A DNA stretch of 63,018 nt, filler included, from Piptocephalis cylindrospora (lineage: Eukaryota): NCBI GenBank assembly GCA_003614145.1. It is 17 parts of 17 records of this genome, joined end to end, with 100 filler letters (N's around TTAATTAATTAA, not from the genome) between each part and the next. Parts side by side here need not be neighbours in the genome. Positions count along the whole stretch, not along the records: positions 48,458 to 52,063 come from KZ988659.1; positions 52,164 to 55,649 come from KZ988660.1; positions 55,750 to 59,337 come from KZ988661.1; positions 59,438 to 63,018 come from KZ988662.1; 13 more parts are not named here. One strand, written 5' to 3'. Shown in pieces: positions 48,458-60,920 of this stretch. Position numbers and translations under genes: made by a program. How positions within the stretch are numbered: the stretch's first letter is position 1; every line of letters starts with the position of its first letter. The notes beneath the pieces were generated by a model, which was not told where the DNA came from, searched no databases, and saw only the letters and a program-made list of their open reading frames with translations.

Positions 48458-49034
48458 CGGCATCGTAGGCTCCGTCGGGAATCCCGGTCATCTGCATAAA
48501 GTCCCCCTTGTGGTAGGAACACAGCTCTGAGATCCCCTCCTTGAGGGCGTATGCCTCGGCCCGAGTCAGCTGGTACGAGTTGTTGTTAAAGCCCGTGATA
48601 TGCGCCCCGGTAAAGTGGGCAATCTCCCTCTGAGGCCCCCCAACCCCACATCCCACATCCAGCACCCGCATCCCCTCCCGAAGCCCAAGTCGCATCGCAA
48701 GATAATGCTCGTGTCGGGCAATGCTCGCCGCAAAGCTCTCCCCAATGTGCATACGCGCAAAATGGAAGGATCGACCCCAGCCATACTCGTAAAAGTCCGT
48801 CGCCAGATTATAGTACGTGTTGGTCAATGAGGTGTACTCGGTCAATCGACGACTCCGTTCCTCCGGGGAGGTCTCCTCCTCCTTGGTCTTCCAAAATGCC
48901 CGGTACTGGTCCACCCCCAACGAATGAATCTCCTTGGGCTTGCTCGATAGCCTCTGCACAATCCCGGCATCTTCATTGATCATTCCGTGGTGAAGGTTGG
49001 CTTCTTCCGCCGTGCTCTCAATCGCTGGGGACAT
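48458..49034 (-). CDS. ERG6: Sterol 24-C-methyltransferase, 3'-partial
   Basis: YYNLATDFYEYGWGRSFHFA, IARHEHYLA, VLDVGCGVGGP, GFNNNSYQ, KGDFMQM. Confidence 0.95.
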
Positions 49035-50107
49035 TGGGGAAGGGTAGGGTAGGGATGAGTGGTGTTGCGAGAGAGAAAGGGAGAGGGAGAGAGAAAGAAA
49101 GAAAGGAAGAATAAAGGACAGTACCTTGAAGGGAAAAAGAAGACCTGGACAATAGTAGGTGGGGATCTCCTCCGTCTATTTAACTCCTTTCTCTCTCTAT
49201 CCCCAAGAGACGGTGGGAATAAAGATGGATATTTCCCCAGAACTAGTCGACCTCTTCCGCGTGCTACGACTACGCCAAGGGATGAACTGATCCCTTTTAT
49301 CAGGCCTCAGCCCATCCTACTAGGGCCCAATCATCTCCCTTTGTGCAGGAGGGCAGGGGTGTCTGTCAGCGGAGATGTCTAGGATGGTCCAGCTCCACCC
49401 TTTGAATGTCTTTATATGTCCGTGTATGTGTGTCGTCCATGCTGGTGTGTGTGTGTGTCGTCCATGCTGGTGTGTGCTATAAGGTCTCTCCCCTACTCCC
49501 CCCCCCATACCCTGACTGATTGGTGTACCTGATCCGGTGGTACGATACACACACTATTTCTCTCCCTAAAAGGACAGCTGCACCATCAGTGTGGGAAGGA
49601 GAGGAGGGGAAGAAATTAGGGTCATCATACTGCTCCCATAATGGTTCACACATTCATCTCCCCTTCACAGTAGAGTGTCAAATAATCACCTCCTTTTTTG
49701 ACTGACTTGAAAACCTTTTTATTTTACTCATTTTGACGAACAAAACAGCATACCAGGCGGTGAAGGCAGTCAAGGGTAGCAGTAAACAGCATAAGGCAGC
49801 CAAGAGTGATCCCCTCCCTTCCAATTTGTCGTGAAAAAATACTCCAAAAGTCCTCCACATTTCCCTTGGATGCTTTGGATTTCTTTATCTTTTTTTAAAA
49901 ATTCTCCTACCCCTCAAACACCACACACATACACTGTCTATCTATGCAATAGCCATGTCTGTGTCAGTGGGGCAGGGGGCACACCCCCCTCCACCTCCCC
50001 CTACTATCAAATACATCAATACGCGCCAGCTCTTTTTTTTTTCTTCTTTTCCACATCCCCGTGTCATCCTTCATCTTACCCATCCCTCTCATCCTACTCC
50101 AGCAACC

Positions 50108-51761
50108 ATGATTTCCGCCATTGCATGGGTCAGAAAGGGCGCTGCCAAGGAGACCCCGAAAAAGTTCGAGATGGACGAGCATGAGTATGCTCGTCTCTCC
50201 GAGAAGCTGCTCACTGCTCGTGCTGACCTGGATAGGTATGGTCGAATCCCTGCCCTGCCCTCCCCCTCAAAAAACCCCATGACTCACCACCCTCCCCTCC
50301 CGTATACCTAGTGCCCAAAACATGCAAGACCCCACAGAACAAATGCAGGTCGATTCGGAACCCATCGATCCTGACCTGGCTGAATTCGATCTGGAAAACT
50401 ATGATGCCCCAGCCTCCACCAACACAGATCCTGCCATCCAGGACGAGGATGAGGATGAGGCCCAGGGCTCATCCGCCTCCATCTTTGGCAATCTTCGCGG
50501 CCTCACCTACCATGGGTCCAACCAGGAAGATCCCTACGTCACCCTCAAGGATGAGGCTGACACTGAGGCTGCTGAGGAAGAGGCCCAGGATCTTCGTATC
50601 CTTCCCTCCGATAACCTCATCCTTTCTGCCCGCACCGAAGATGACATCTCCCATGTCGAAGTCTACGTCTACGAAGCTGCCGATGATAATCTCTACGTTC
50701 ATCACGATCTCATGCTCCCCGCCTTTCCCCTCTGCGTCGAATGGCTCGGCTCCGCCCCCTCCTCCTCCTCCTCCCTCACTCAGGGCTCCTTTGTCGCTGT
50801 AGGCACCTTTGATCCCGAGATCGAAATTTGGGATCTGGATGTCATGGATGCCATGTACCCCGTCGCCATCCTCGGCGAAAAGACTTCTCCCGCTCCCCCC
50901 GGCCCCGGACCCAAGAAGGGCAAGCGGTCCAAGAAGACCCTTGGCCCCGCCATTAGCTCCACTCATCACACCGACGCCATCATGTCCCTCGCCTGGAACA
51001 CCGCCCATCCCCATCTCCTCGCCTCCTCCTCCGCCGACACTACCGTCAAGCTCTGGGACCTCAACTCCTCCACCTGCGCTCACTCCTTCAACCATCACAC
51101 TGGAAAGGTCCAGACCGTCGCTTGGAACCCCGTCCAATCCACCGTCCTCCTCACCGCCTCCTACGATCGTTCCGTTCAGTGTCTTGACTCCCGTACCCCT
51201 GACACCCTCACCACCTTCTCCCTCTCCTCCGACCCCGAGACCGCCCGTTGGGATCCTCATCAACCCGCCCACTTTTACGTCGCCACCGAGGACGGTATCG
51301 TCCGTGCCTGGGATCTTCGTCAGCCCTCCTCCCCCCTCTGGACCCTTCACGCCCATGACTCTCCCGTCTCTGCCCTCGACATCAACCCCCGCATCCCCGG
51401 CTGTCTCGTCACGGGTGGTGTCGATAAACTCGTCAAAATCTGGGACATTGCCGATGGCAAGCCCAGCATGGTCCTCTCCCGTGATCTCGGTGCCGGTAAG
51501 GTCTTTACCGCCGCCTTTTGCCCCGACGCCCCCCAGCATCTCGCTGTCGCCGGTAGCCAGGGCAGATTGAATGTCTGGGACATGAGCGGAAACCCTGGCG
51601 CCCGTCGTGCATTTGGCTCCCGCGCCACCTGGTCCTCCGAGCCTGCCCAAGAGGAAAAGAATCCCATTGCCCTTGCCGATGCTGACCAGGACATGGACAG
51701 TGATGATGAGGGCAACGAGGCTCTTGATCCCATGGGTGATGATTCTGCCGAGGATGTTTAA
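50108..51761 (+). CDS. PWP1: Periodic tryptophan protein 1 (WD40 ribosome biogenesis factor)
   Basis: MISAIAWVRKGAA, intron 50236-50311, NLYVHHDLMLPAFPLCVEW, VAVGTFDPEIEIWDLD, WD40 repeats. Confidence 0.93.
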
Positions 51762-52822
51762 GTCTATAGATTCCTGTGTTGCTGTTTTTTTTCCCTGATC
51801 CTATCCACTTGGCTCTTCTTGAATGGTGCAGCCAAAAATTGCAGGGACGAGAATTCCTCTCCCCCTCTGGGATTCTGCTCATGATATGTCATTACAGTCC
51901 TAGGGTTGATACGGAGATATTGAATAGTGCTTATGATCACTTTTTCTGGGATAGACGGCTGATTAAAAAATAGCCATATTTGACCAAAATGAATTTCTCA
52001 AATGCAGAGCACAGTCGCTCCGCACTGCGGAGTATCGCCTCATAGACGCGCACACAAGACCCANNNNNNNNNNNNNNNNNNNNNNNNNNNNNNNNNNNNN
52101 NNNNNNNTTAATTAATTAANNNNNNNNNNNNNNNNNNNNNNNNNNNNNNNNNNNNNNNNNNNNCTGGTAGAATCCAGGTGTGTTGGGAGAGGAGTTGAAA
52201 GGCAGCGTGTGTGCGTGCATGCGTGTGTGTATGTGTGTACTCTCTGGGGCAACTGTGGGTAGACCGCGTCACTCACGCCCCGACACTGGGTATGGGGGAG
52301 ATGACCGACCGGTCGCAGCCTAATTGTCATACTCGCGCCTTGGGTTGCACTGATGGAGACATGGTGTGGTGAGAGTGTCGGCAGATAGGCACGTCCCTGG
52401 ATCGGATCCCAAGGCGTGTTTGCTATCAGGAAGAAGTAGGCTTGATGGTGATGAAAAAGGAAACATTGTTTCATCTTGATGAGCCTCACCCACTCGGGAT
52501 TCAATTAGGGAGTGCCCCCATCAGCGGTCTGTTCAGGGGGTGGTGCGGAGAAGTCGCGATCATGTACAGCATTGTGAGGTATTACAACTTCTTTTGGATA
52601 AGAAAGGGATGTAACGACCTCATCAGCATGGATCGACTCGAGGACATGCCCGGGTCCCATCATCCTCACTCAAGGTATTGTGCCGTCACGCACTGGTTCA
52701 CATGTCCTATCCATGCTCCCTTTAATCGCTAGGCTCACGCATCGGAAAACCTACCTGTATTCCCTCATCTCCCCATAACCTCTCACGACAAAAAAAGACC
52801 CATCTCATTCCGAAATCAGAGC

Positions 52823-53877
52823 TTAAACCAGGGTCTGAAGGTTCCTGGATACGGCCAGCTGGGCCCGGGTAATATCGGCAAGGTAGGTGACCATGAGCAG
52901 GTCCTGTGTCGGGAAGAAAAAGGGGAGAATGGGTGAGTCATGGAACAGAAGGAGTAAGTCACTCTCCACTGGAATCCTACCTGTAGATGAGAATTAAAGG
53001 CGGTCTGGAAAGTGGAGACATCAAGCTTGGGGACGGTGGCAACGGCATCAAGAATGGCCCGACCGACAAGGACATTGGCAGGAGTTTGCCCGGTGAGAAC
53101 CTTGCCAACATACTCCGAGACCTTGACCAGGGTGTCCTGAAGATGGACGATGGATTTCTCCAGGAGAGCCAGGTCAGAGAGAATGGGGAGCTTCTCCACA
53201 GGGCCCTCCTCTTCCTCTCCCTGTTCCTTCTCCTGGGTCAGGATGTCCAAGGAGGCCTTATCAGCGGAATTTGGGATGATGGAGCAAGGGACAGGGAGGA
53301 AAAGGAAGTCTGAGGCCTCCTCTGAGGTGTTTAGGCCGACTCTTGGACTAATGGGATGGGGAGTAGGATTTAGTGCCTACCCATCACTCATTTTCTCGTA
53401 AAGCACAAAAACTCACGTGGTAAAGGCTTTGACATCAAGGGAACCAGACTCTACACCGGGATCAACGGAGAGATGGACAGCAGGGAGGGGGGAGGCTTCA
53501 CGGGAGAAAAAGTCCTGGACGACGGAGGCAAAGGAGGGAAGGCCGTCGGTGGAGGTGGCGTACCAGCCGACAAGGACCTCCTTGGGGTTGACACGCTGGT
53601 GCAGGTCATAAAGGGTACGGAAGTGGTCGACATCAAGGTCAAGACCCTCGGCCTCGTCGTAGGCAAATGGGATGGGGAGGGAGGTGGTGATCTGGAGAAC
53701 GCGACCCTCCTCGCTACGCTGACCCAGAAGGGCACCAAGGACATACTGGACCTTGGGCTCGGGTCGACGCAGGTAGTGGTCGAGGATGGAAAGAATGGCG
53801 ACGGGAGAGGTGTTGACGGCAAAGGTAGGGCCGTCGCTCGAGATGGCCGGGAGGGCAAGATGGAGTGCTTGAGCCAT
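52823..53877 (-). CDS. EIF3F: Translation initiation factor eIF3 subunit f (MPN domain), 3 exons
   Basis: ILSILDHYLRR, VLGALLG, VNPKEVLVGWYAT, FNSHLQ / DLLMVTYLADITRAQL; two GT-AG introns. Confidence 0.9.
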
Positions 53878-54659
53878 GGTGATGAAGGGATGGGGCGATG
53901 AAGGGGGGGTAAAAGATGAGAGGGACCTGATGGGGAGAGCAGCGTTAGAGCGCGGCGGACGAAGAGGAGAGTTTGGGTGAAAGAAGAAAATAAGCGGCTC
54001 AAACCCACTTTTCCTGCTAGATCACCCCCAGGTGGGTGCTGGGAACGATGTGAAATGAAAATGAAGGTGAAAAAAGGGAAAAATTAAAAATAGGGGATGG
54101 TTTTTATCGGGGATGATTTTCTGAGGAACTGGTTATATCTATTTGGGTGAAATTGGGCGTTTTTCACCGATACACCCAGTTCATATCACAACACAGTGGG
54201 AGATCTCCAAATGTCTCTCAGTTACCAAGCTTCTTGACCATGGGTGGCCATGAATACTGCGTGAATGAACACTGCGCACAACAACCCAGGACAGTGTAAA
54301 CTAGACAGGTTCGAGATTTCTCGCATTATCTCCATCCCAATTGTTGTGTCTCCCCTCCGCACTCTCACTTATTGTCTATCACCTAGTCCTTTTTTCCTCA
54401 TGCACCAGCCTGCAACCTGGTAGAAGCCTAGGACACTCACAAATACATACTTGTACGAAGAAGCAGTGGCTGTGTTCTCCCCTCCCTCCCTCCCTCTCCC
54501 CTCCACACCACACCACACACCTACCAGGTAGGGTGGTTATCTCTCTCCTCTCCCATAGTACAGCCAGTGTAGAGGGACAGAAACACCCGATCTATCCCGT
54601 CCTCCCTTCCTTTCCTCTTCCCTTACTCCAGCCCACTTTTACTCAGACCCATTGGAGAC

Positions 54660-55214
54660 ATGTCCCTCTTCACCCGTCCATTGCGAGCAACAGCGCTTCG
54701 CCATGGCCCGCTCACTCGGTTTCTCGCGTGTTCTGCCCGAGGTATGCAGACACCAGCCTCTTCCTCCCCCTCCTCCCCCTCCTCCCCCTCGGACCTGTCG
54801 TCCTCGACAAACCCCCAGGTGTCGGTAGTGGATGCTGGGAGGGATGCGGAGAGCAAGGCCTTTGCCCTCGGTCTGGCCCATGACCAATTCTTTACGCTGT
54901 ATCGACCCTTGATCCCTGACCAGACCAGTGTATCCGAGGAGAAGACGACGACGATGCCGACGAAATCCGAACTGGATTTCCTTTCCCCGGCAAAGACCCA
55001 AAGGTCCTCCTCAAACTCCCAGATGCTCGCCTCTCAATTCCTCAAGGATCTGGCCTCCCGAGTCTCTTCCATTCCCCCTCCCCCCTCCTCCCCCTCTGCC
55101 CCGGAGATCCAGGCGACGAGTGTGCTACGCAAGAGGAAGCTCAAGATGAATAAACACAAGTACAAGAAGCTTCGTAAGCGGACCCGAGCACTTCGTCGTA
55201 AGCTTGGGAAATAG
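54660..55214 (+). CDS. COX24: Mitochondrial small-subunit protein mS38/Cox24 (DUF1713)
   Basis: Targeting-like N-terminus; C-terminal ATSVLRKRKLKMNKHKYKKLRKRTRALRRKLGK. Confidence 0.85.
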   Translation: MSLFTRPLRATALRHGPLTRFLACSARGMQTPASSSPSSPSSPSDLSSSTNPQVSVVDAGRDAESKAFALGLAHDQFFTLYRPLIPDQTSVSEEKTTTMPTKSELDFLSPAKTQRSSSNSQMLASQFLKDLASRVSSIPPPPSSPSAPEIQATSVLRKRKLKMNKHKYKKLRKRTRALRRKLGK

Positions 55215-55749
55215 ATGTAGGTGAGGGGGGTGGGAGCGGCGATGGAATGGGATGAAGGGGGAGGAAGAAGACGTATTCATTAGATCGTGAAAGGGGTATT
55301 GTGTTCACACTTTTTGTTGTTGATATATGTCCAAGGATAGAGGATTACACCATGTGCATGCTTCTGTCGTTCTCATCATCCACAGGAGTTGATCAAGTCG
55401 TTGTCATGTTCAAAAGGATAAAAAAAGAGAATAATTGGAATAGGATAATACACAGTCAAGCATGGTCTTTGACCCTCTCCAAGGATCTCCCTTTCCACCG
55501 GTGGAGAGCAGGGAGAGGGAAGAGAGGGTCTTTCCTTCTCCCCAAAGAGGGCCTCCTCCATGGGGGATGATCGGCACACGTACCACTACTCTCATCTTTG
55601 CATCCCAAATACCGACCATACCAGACACAACACAACACAACACAACACANNNNNNNNNNNNNNNNNNNNNNNNNNNNNNNNNNNNNNNNNNNNTTAATTA
55701 ATTAANNNNNNNNNNNNNNNNNNNNNNNNNNNNNNNNNNNNNNNNNNNN

Positions 55750-58686
55750 TCCTCCCTCCCCCGCCGGGAGGCCTCCACCCCTCCCCCTAAAGCCCTCTTT
55801 GCCCTCCGAGGTATCTGCTGCCCTTGCGCATGGCCCTCACACAAGCTCCGTGGAAGGCCCCCCTGTAGATGCCCCTCTCACCCCGGCCTCCCCCATGACT
55901 GCCACTCGCCCCGATGCCTCCAGACCCAATCGGAGACCGCCTCACCCGAGCGCACGCGCGGCCCGGATATCCCATCGTGGCCCCGCACGAGCCATTGCCC
56001 TCTCGGGACCCTCTCTGTGTACGGCCGCTACCATGCTCCGGGTCTGGGATGTGGCCACGGGCGGTGAGTTGGCCTTGGCCCATGACGGGAGTAATGATTC
56101 CCGGATAGAGGCCGTTGCATTTGTCCCCGCCCTTCATCCCTCCCGTGTAGGAAGATGGGTGTGGGCAGGATTGAAGGACGGGTCCATTTGGTCGGTCGAT
56201 GCCCGTACCGGCGCCATTGAGGATCGAGCCTCCCGTGCCCACCCCTCCCCCATCACCTGGATCCTCGAGGCCGGTCCTGCTCTCTGGACCGGGGATGCCA
56301 CGGGAGGAATTCGTATTTGGTCGGAGCGAGATGGGCCTGGAGACGAGGGGAAACTCAGTGTTCGAAAGGGTCGAACTCGTAAGGTCCTTCGGTCTGACGG
56401 TCGAGGCTGGAGGTCCGGGTGCGTTGGAGTCGTCCCTGCCAGCGATAGCAAGGATGGTCCCTTTGAGCTTTGGGGAATGGATGGAAGGACCCTAGAGGTA
56501 CACGCCATTTCCTCCTCCTCCTCCTCTGGAGGGGCAGAGGATACCCTGGTGGAGCGAGTTCAGGTGGAAAGGCATGTGGCTGAGGCCACTTGTCTCACTG
56601 TTGGCTCCTCTAGCTCGGGTCTGGTCTACACAGGGCACGCCGATGGTCGAGTGTGTGTTTGGAGATGGGGAGAACGAAGAGTCATCGCCACCGTTTCCGT
56701 CAGTGTCTACCGAATTCTATGCATGTCCGAAGTTTTGGGCCACCAGCTTTGGATGGGCTTTTCCACTGGAAGAATCATGGTGTATGATATTACGGGTGGT
56801 GGAAGGACAGACCAGGAGCAGGATTCCATTCAGGAAGGGGAGGTAGCCAGGGTGTGGAAGCTATGCAAGGAGTGGCAAGCAGGAGAGGAGGTGACGGGCG
56901 GTATTGAGGGAACCAGTATAGGCAATGGCCACGCTGCCCCCTCCAACTCGAGGGATCATCACTTTATCGGTCCCACCGGATCTATCCACTCCAACTCCCC
57001 CTCCCCCCCTTCCACCTCCCCCCCTCCCTCTACCCCTGGGACTAGTCATGGTACCCCCCCCTCCCCCCCCACTCCACTAGCGGGGGAGGCGGGAATGCCG
57101 TAGTGGCCATGTGCGTCGATCGATTGGGGGCTGCCACCATGAATGGCCAAATCATTGTCGTTACCGCCCTTGAGGACGGGAGGATGGGAGTATGGGATGG
57201 TTTGTGCCTGGAAGATTGGGTTGAGGGCAGAATGGAGACTCGAGAGGCCGAATACGTCTCATATACCCCGCTCACCATGCGTCTCGTCACCTGGAACATT
57301 GATGCCCGGAAACCTAAGGAGGTCGATGCCTCCGCCCCTGACTTTGTCGAACATTGGGTCAAGGGTGGGGATCCTCACGGCCCTGATCTTCTTTTTGTCG
57401 GTGTTCAAGAGCTTGTCGATCTCGAATCTAAAAAGGTCACTGCCAGTAAGTCTTTTCTTGTATCAGAGACAAAGAGGTTTTTAGTCCTTGTATCTGACCG
57501 ACCCTCCTTTATCCCCTCCTTAGAATCATTCTTTAAAGCATCTAGGAAAAAGGGAAAGAAAAATGGCCAGGATCCAACAGCTCCTTATGCCACCACCACT
57601 TCCACCGGTGCCCCAGAGGAGGAGGACACTACCGCCCATTACCGCGCCTGGAGAGATCGTCTGGAGAAGGCTCTGTTCAACGCTTGCCCCCACACCTCCT
57701 ACGAGCTCATTCATGGTCGGGACATGGTGGGTCTCTCTTCCTGGGTGTATGCCCGGTCCTCTGTCGCTGCTCAGATCAGTGGGGTTAGTGCATGTCAGGT
57801 CAAGACGGGCTTTGGGGGGCTACACGGAAATAAGGGTGCTTTGGTCGTGAGGTTCCTTGTCAGGGACACCTCCGTATGTTGGGTTAATTGTCATTTGGCC
57901 GCGGGTCAAAGCCAAACCCCGCAGCGGAACACCGATGCTGCCAATATCCTCCGCCTCTCCCGTCTCCCTGCCCCGCCCCTCACCACCGTGGGGAGTCGGC
58001 ACCTCTGGGTCGATGGAGGGGACGGAACCCGAATCACCGATCATGCCGTAGGCCTCTGGAGTGGCGATCTCAATTACCGCATTTCCATGGATCGTACCCA
58101 TGTGGAGAGGGCCATTCAGGCTCGAGACTGGTCCGTCCTTTGGGCTGCCGATCAACTTCGGCAGCAAAGAGAGGCCAATCCTCTGCATGCCCTACGCTCC
58201 TGGACTGAGCCTCCCTTAGACTTTGCTCCCACTTACAAGTATGATCGGGGTAGTGATACGTACGACACTTCAGAGAAGCGTCGGGTTCCTGCTTGGTGCG
58301 ACCGGATCCTTCATCGATCTACGCCTCAAGTGAAACTCCGACGCTCCGGGTCCGGGGCCTCTGGGAATATCAAGAGCCTTGGGGGAAGTGGAGGCTATGG
58401 AGAGAGATGGGAGGTGAGGGCGTCGGATCATCGACCCATTGCCGCTTCTTTTTCCCTCCGGGTTAAGGTGGTGGATGGGCCCAAAGAGGCCAGGGTAGCC
58501 GAGGAAGTTGGAGAGGAACGGTGGCACCGGCTCCGGGATTCCTGGTATGCCTCCATGCAGGAATCGCTCCTTCTTGCCCTCGCTCGACGGGGTCAGCAAG
58601 GCATGGAAGGTCATATCAAAAGTATGCTCGACAGGACCGGCGGAGACCTGGCCCTTGCTATGGACGAGCTTGGCGTGGAGGGCTAA
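55750..58686 (+). CDS. Inositol polyphosphate 5-phosphatase with WD40-like N-terminal region, 5'-partial
   Basis: WD-like repeats, then VTWNIDARKP, VGVQELVDL, GNKGA, NCHLAAGQ, GDLNYR, FAPTYKYD, RVPAWCDRIL, SDHRPI. Frame change near 57046-57103; in-frame intron 57446-57523. Confidence 0.9.
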
Positions 58687-58827
58687 TTCTACTCTAGAAA
58701 GAAGGGGAGTAGGCCGTGATGATAGAGTTAATGCAGCTTGTACGATATAGTCATTGCTTTCTCTCCTTTTCCTATCCCTATCTCCCTTTGTTACTCATAT
58801 GCTAAAAGAAAGCATAACATGAATGTA

Positions 58828-59160
58828 TTACGAAGATGTGGTATACGACAAAGCAAAAAGATCATGCTCGTCCTGCGAGTAGACAAGACGTCCCGAGGAT
58901 AGGGCATCCACAAGTAGGTTGATCCCTTGCGCATCCATGGTCTCTTCCTATTGTCGTTTGGGAAAGGAGGGCATGAGATGCATTGGAGGCAAAAAAAAGA
59001 AGCCGGATCTTACCTGTCGGATGCGATCAAGATCATCAGCAAAGGCATCGGTTAGGGCGGACATATAGGTAGAAGAAGAGAGACTTGTGCCCTCTTTAAT
59101 GGCAGGCCCGGTAGGGGAGGGACTCTCGGGGTTGGATAGTGCAATTTCCTGATCCGCCAT
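58828..59160 (-). CDS. RSA3: Ribosome assembly protein 3-like (2 exons)
   Basis: YMSALTDAFADDLDRIRQ / EETMDAQGINLLVDALSSG; intron 59013-58948; stop TAA at 58830-58828. Confidence 0.7.
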
Positions 59161-59654
59161 AGCAAGGACACGATGTGTCGTCCCCTGAATACCCCTCCAG
59201 AGCTCACTATCTAGGTTGGATGCATCATCGATATCCTGAAGAATGGGGTTTAGCGGAAAGTATTCCAGTATCCCAATGGGGGTTTTCCTCCACTCACCTG
59301 AAGAAGGACTTGGCTGACATAGTCTGGGGCATTCCGGNNNNNNNNNNNNNNNNNNNNNNNNNNNNNNNNNNNNNNNNNNNNTTAATTAATTAANNNNNNN
59401 NNNNNNNNNNNNNNNNNNNNNNNNNNNNNNNNNNNNNACATACAAAGAGAAATCATGGCATGTGATGATGATAAAGCCGTTATATTTTCCCTCTGTAAGA
59501 TAAGTTGCCAGCCATCGGAACACATCATCTGGACATCACGGTATATGTTAATCCTAGTCGCAAGTGAGATGGAGAACCGGTCTTTTTTTTATGAAAAAAA
59601 TCAATGGATGAAACACCCCACTTCGTGAGCCCCGAACAGAAAATGAAAATGACT

Positions 59655-60170
59655 ATAGTCTTTTGGGCGCATTTTCCCCATGAGATAATCAATTTTTCAA
59701 CAACAAAAATAAAAGCGATTACTTATATGCCATTGAGGGGCGCATTGTGTTCGGATGCCCATTCAGTCTACCCCGTCCAGGAGAATGTAATGGTTTCATA
59801 TACTTCTCGTAGCCTAGCCGTCTAATCTTCATCCTTTAGGTTGCAAGGGTTAGAGTTCGACTCCGAGTGTGTTATCCCTCCTTTGCACTAGGTCAAGTTC
59901 AAGAACCTCAGTGGTACCGTCTCCACTGCTGGCTACCATCTTCCTTATGAATTCTATGGTCATCTACCCCGGGAGGGGGTGCACTAATGGTTTTCTGTAG
60001 CGCCCATTTCAAAAATTACTGTACAGGGCACACGTCGGGAACATTGTTTCTGGTACCACACAGGCCGGCCAAATGAGGCGGATTATGTGTTCGGATGCCT
60101 TTAGCGCCTACCCCACTAAGGGAAAATAAAAATGGTTTCAACAACAACAATGTAACGATTTTACATCATG
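59655..60170. repeat. Cluster of three dispersed-repeat fragments (A at 59655-59710, B at 59735-59798 and 60020-60170)
   Basis: TAGTCTTTTGGGCGCATTTTCCCCATGAGATAATCAATTTTTCAACAAC; GTGTTCGGATGCC..CTACCCC; GGGCACACGTCGGG..TGGTACCAC..CCTACCCCACTAAGGGAAAATA. Confidence 0.85.
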
Positions 60171-60920
60171 CCGACTTGAGCAATGTAATTCATTTCATCG
60201 ACACCCTTCACTAATGGTGAGTGGCAATGAAGCCTTGCGAATGCGAAGGGGAAGGGATACCCTCAACAATTAACGTACCATAAAAATATTGTCTACACGA
60301 AGCATACTGACGATAAACAGTGAACCGTACTAGTAAACAACGAATCGCGAAATGTGCCAGTGAGTAGCTTGCGGAAAATGTTGCGTATTTTGTGTAAAGA
60401 ATTTGACTAAATTTAACCGCCCACTCATCTAAAGAAAAACAACTGCACAGGCTATTGCACCCGCAATAGTATGATTGGTAGGTATAAATAGAGCACAGCC
60501 TTAAAACTCCTTCCGTCCCTGGTCCACCTGCCTTGATCCTCACAGGAAGGGGGATAGTGAGAGCTCTCCTGGCCAAAAGGCACCCTTCTTTGATCATTCC
60601 CCGCTCACCGAACTGAGTGCCTCTCACAACCAAACCCTCAGCATTCCCCTCTTTAGCCCATCAACGCAGTGCCCCATCTCGGTCAGATGAGAGGTCGACT
60701 CTTGCTCCCCCAGTAGCAAACTTTAGATCATAACCATTCTGCCCAGAATCATCCTTCCTCCCTTCTTCCTTCTTTGCTTCCCTCTTCCCTCATTCTCTCC
60801 ATCCCCCCTCCCTTCCTCCCCCCTCTTTTTGTGCACTACCCGGCCTATTCCTCCCAAGTCGTCTCAGGCGCCTTGTCCCCCTCCACCGCCCCTCCCTGAT
60901 CGTTTAATCGCAGCCCAGGT

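Noticed and set aside
24340..49034. Apparent sterol gene cluster (ERG26-like and ERG6) and other cross-contig neighbourhoods
   Set aside because: The genes are on different, size-sorted contigs, so their proximity is an artefact of concatenation.
50469..51650. 393-aa antisense ORF over PWP1
   Set aside because: Gly/Val/Asp-rich shadow of C-ending codon bias with no recognisable motif.
52280..52418. Crossing 8-bp and 11-bp complementary segments (pseudoknot-like)
   Set aside because: Stems of this length are expected by chance in 63 kb, and no known ncRNA motif is present.
57101..57103. Stop-codon readthrough or selenocysteine recoding in the 5-phosphatase gene
   Set aside because: The stop is TAG and the downstream domain is in a different frame; no in-frame TGA was seen in any conserved gene.
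3660..59437. Regularly spaced TTAATTAATTAA motif every ~3.7 kb, and ORFs ending in XXXX-LIN
   Set aside because: Artificial linkers embedded in N runs; not a biological repeat or array.
59461..59541. Possible C/D snoRNA (TGATGA with GTGATG/CATCAC ends)
   Set aside because: No CTGA D box at the expected position.
59806..59870. tRNA-like A box (TAGCCTAG) and B box (GTTCGACTCC)
   Set aside because: No proper T-stem, anticodon stem or acceptor stem can be drawn; at most a degenerate fragment. tRNAscan-SE would settle it.
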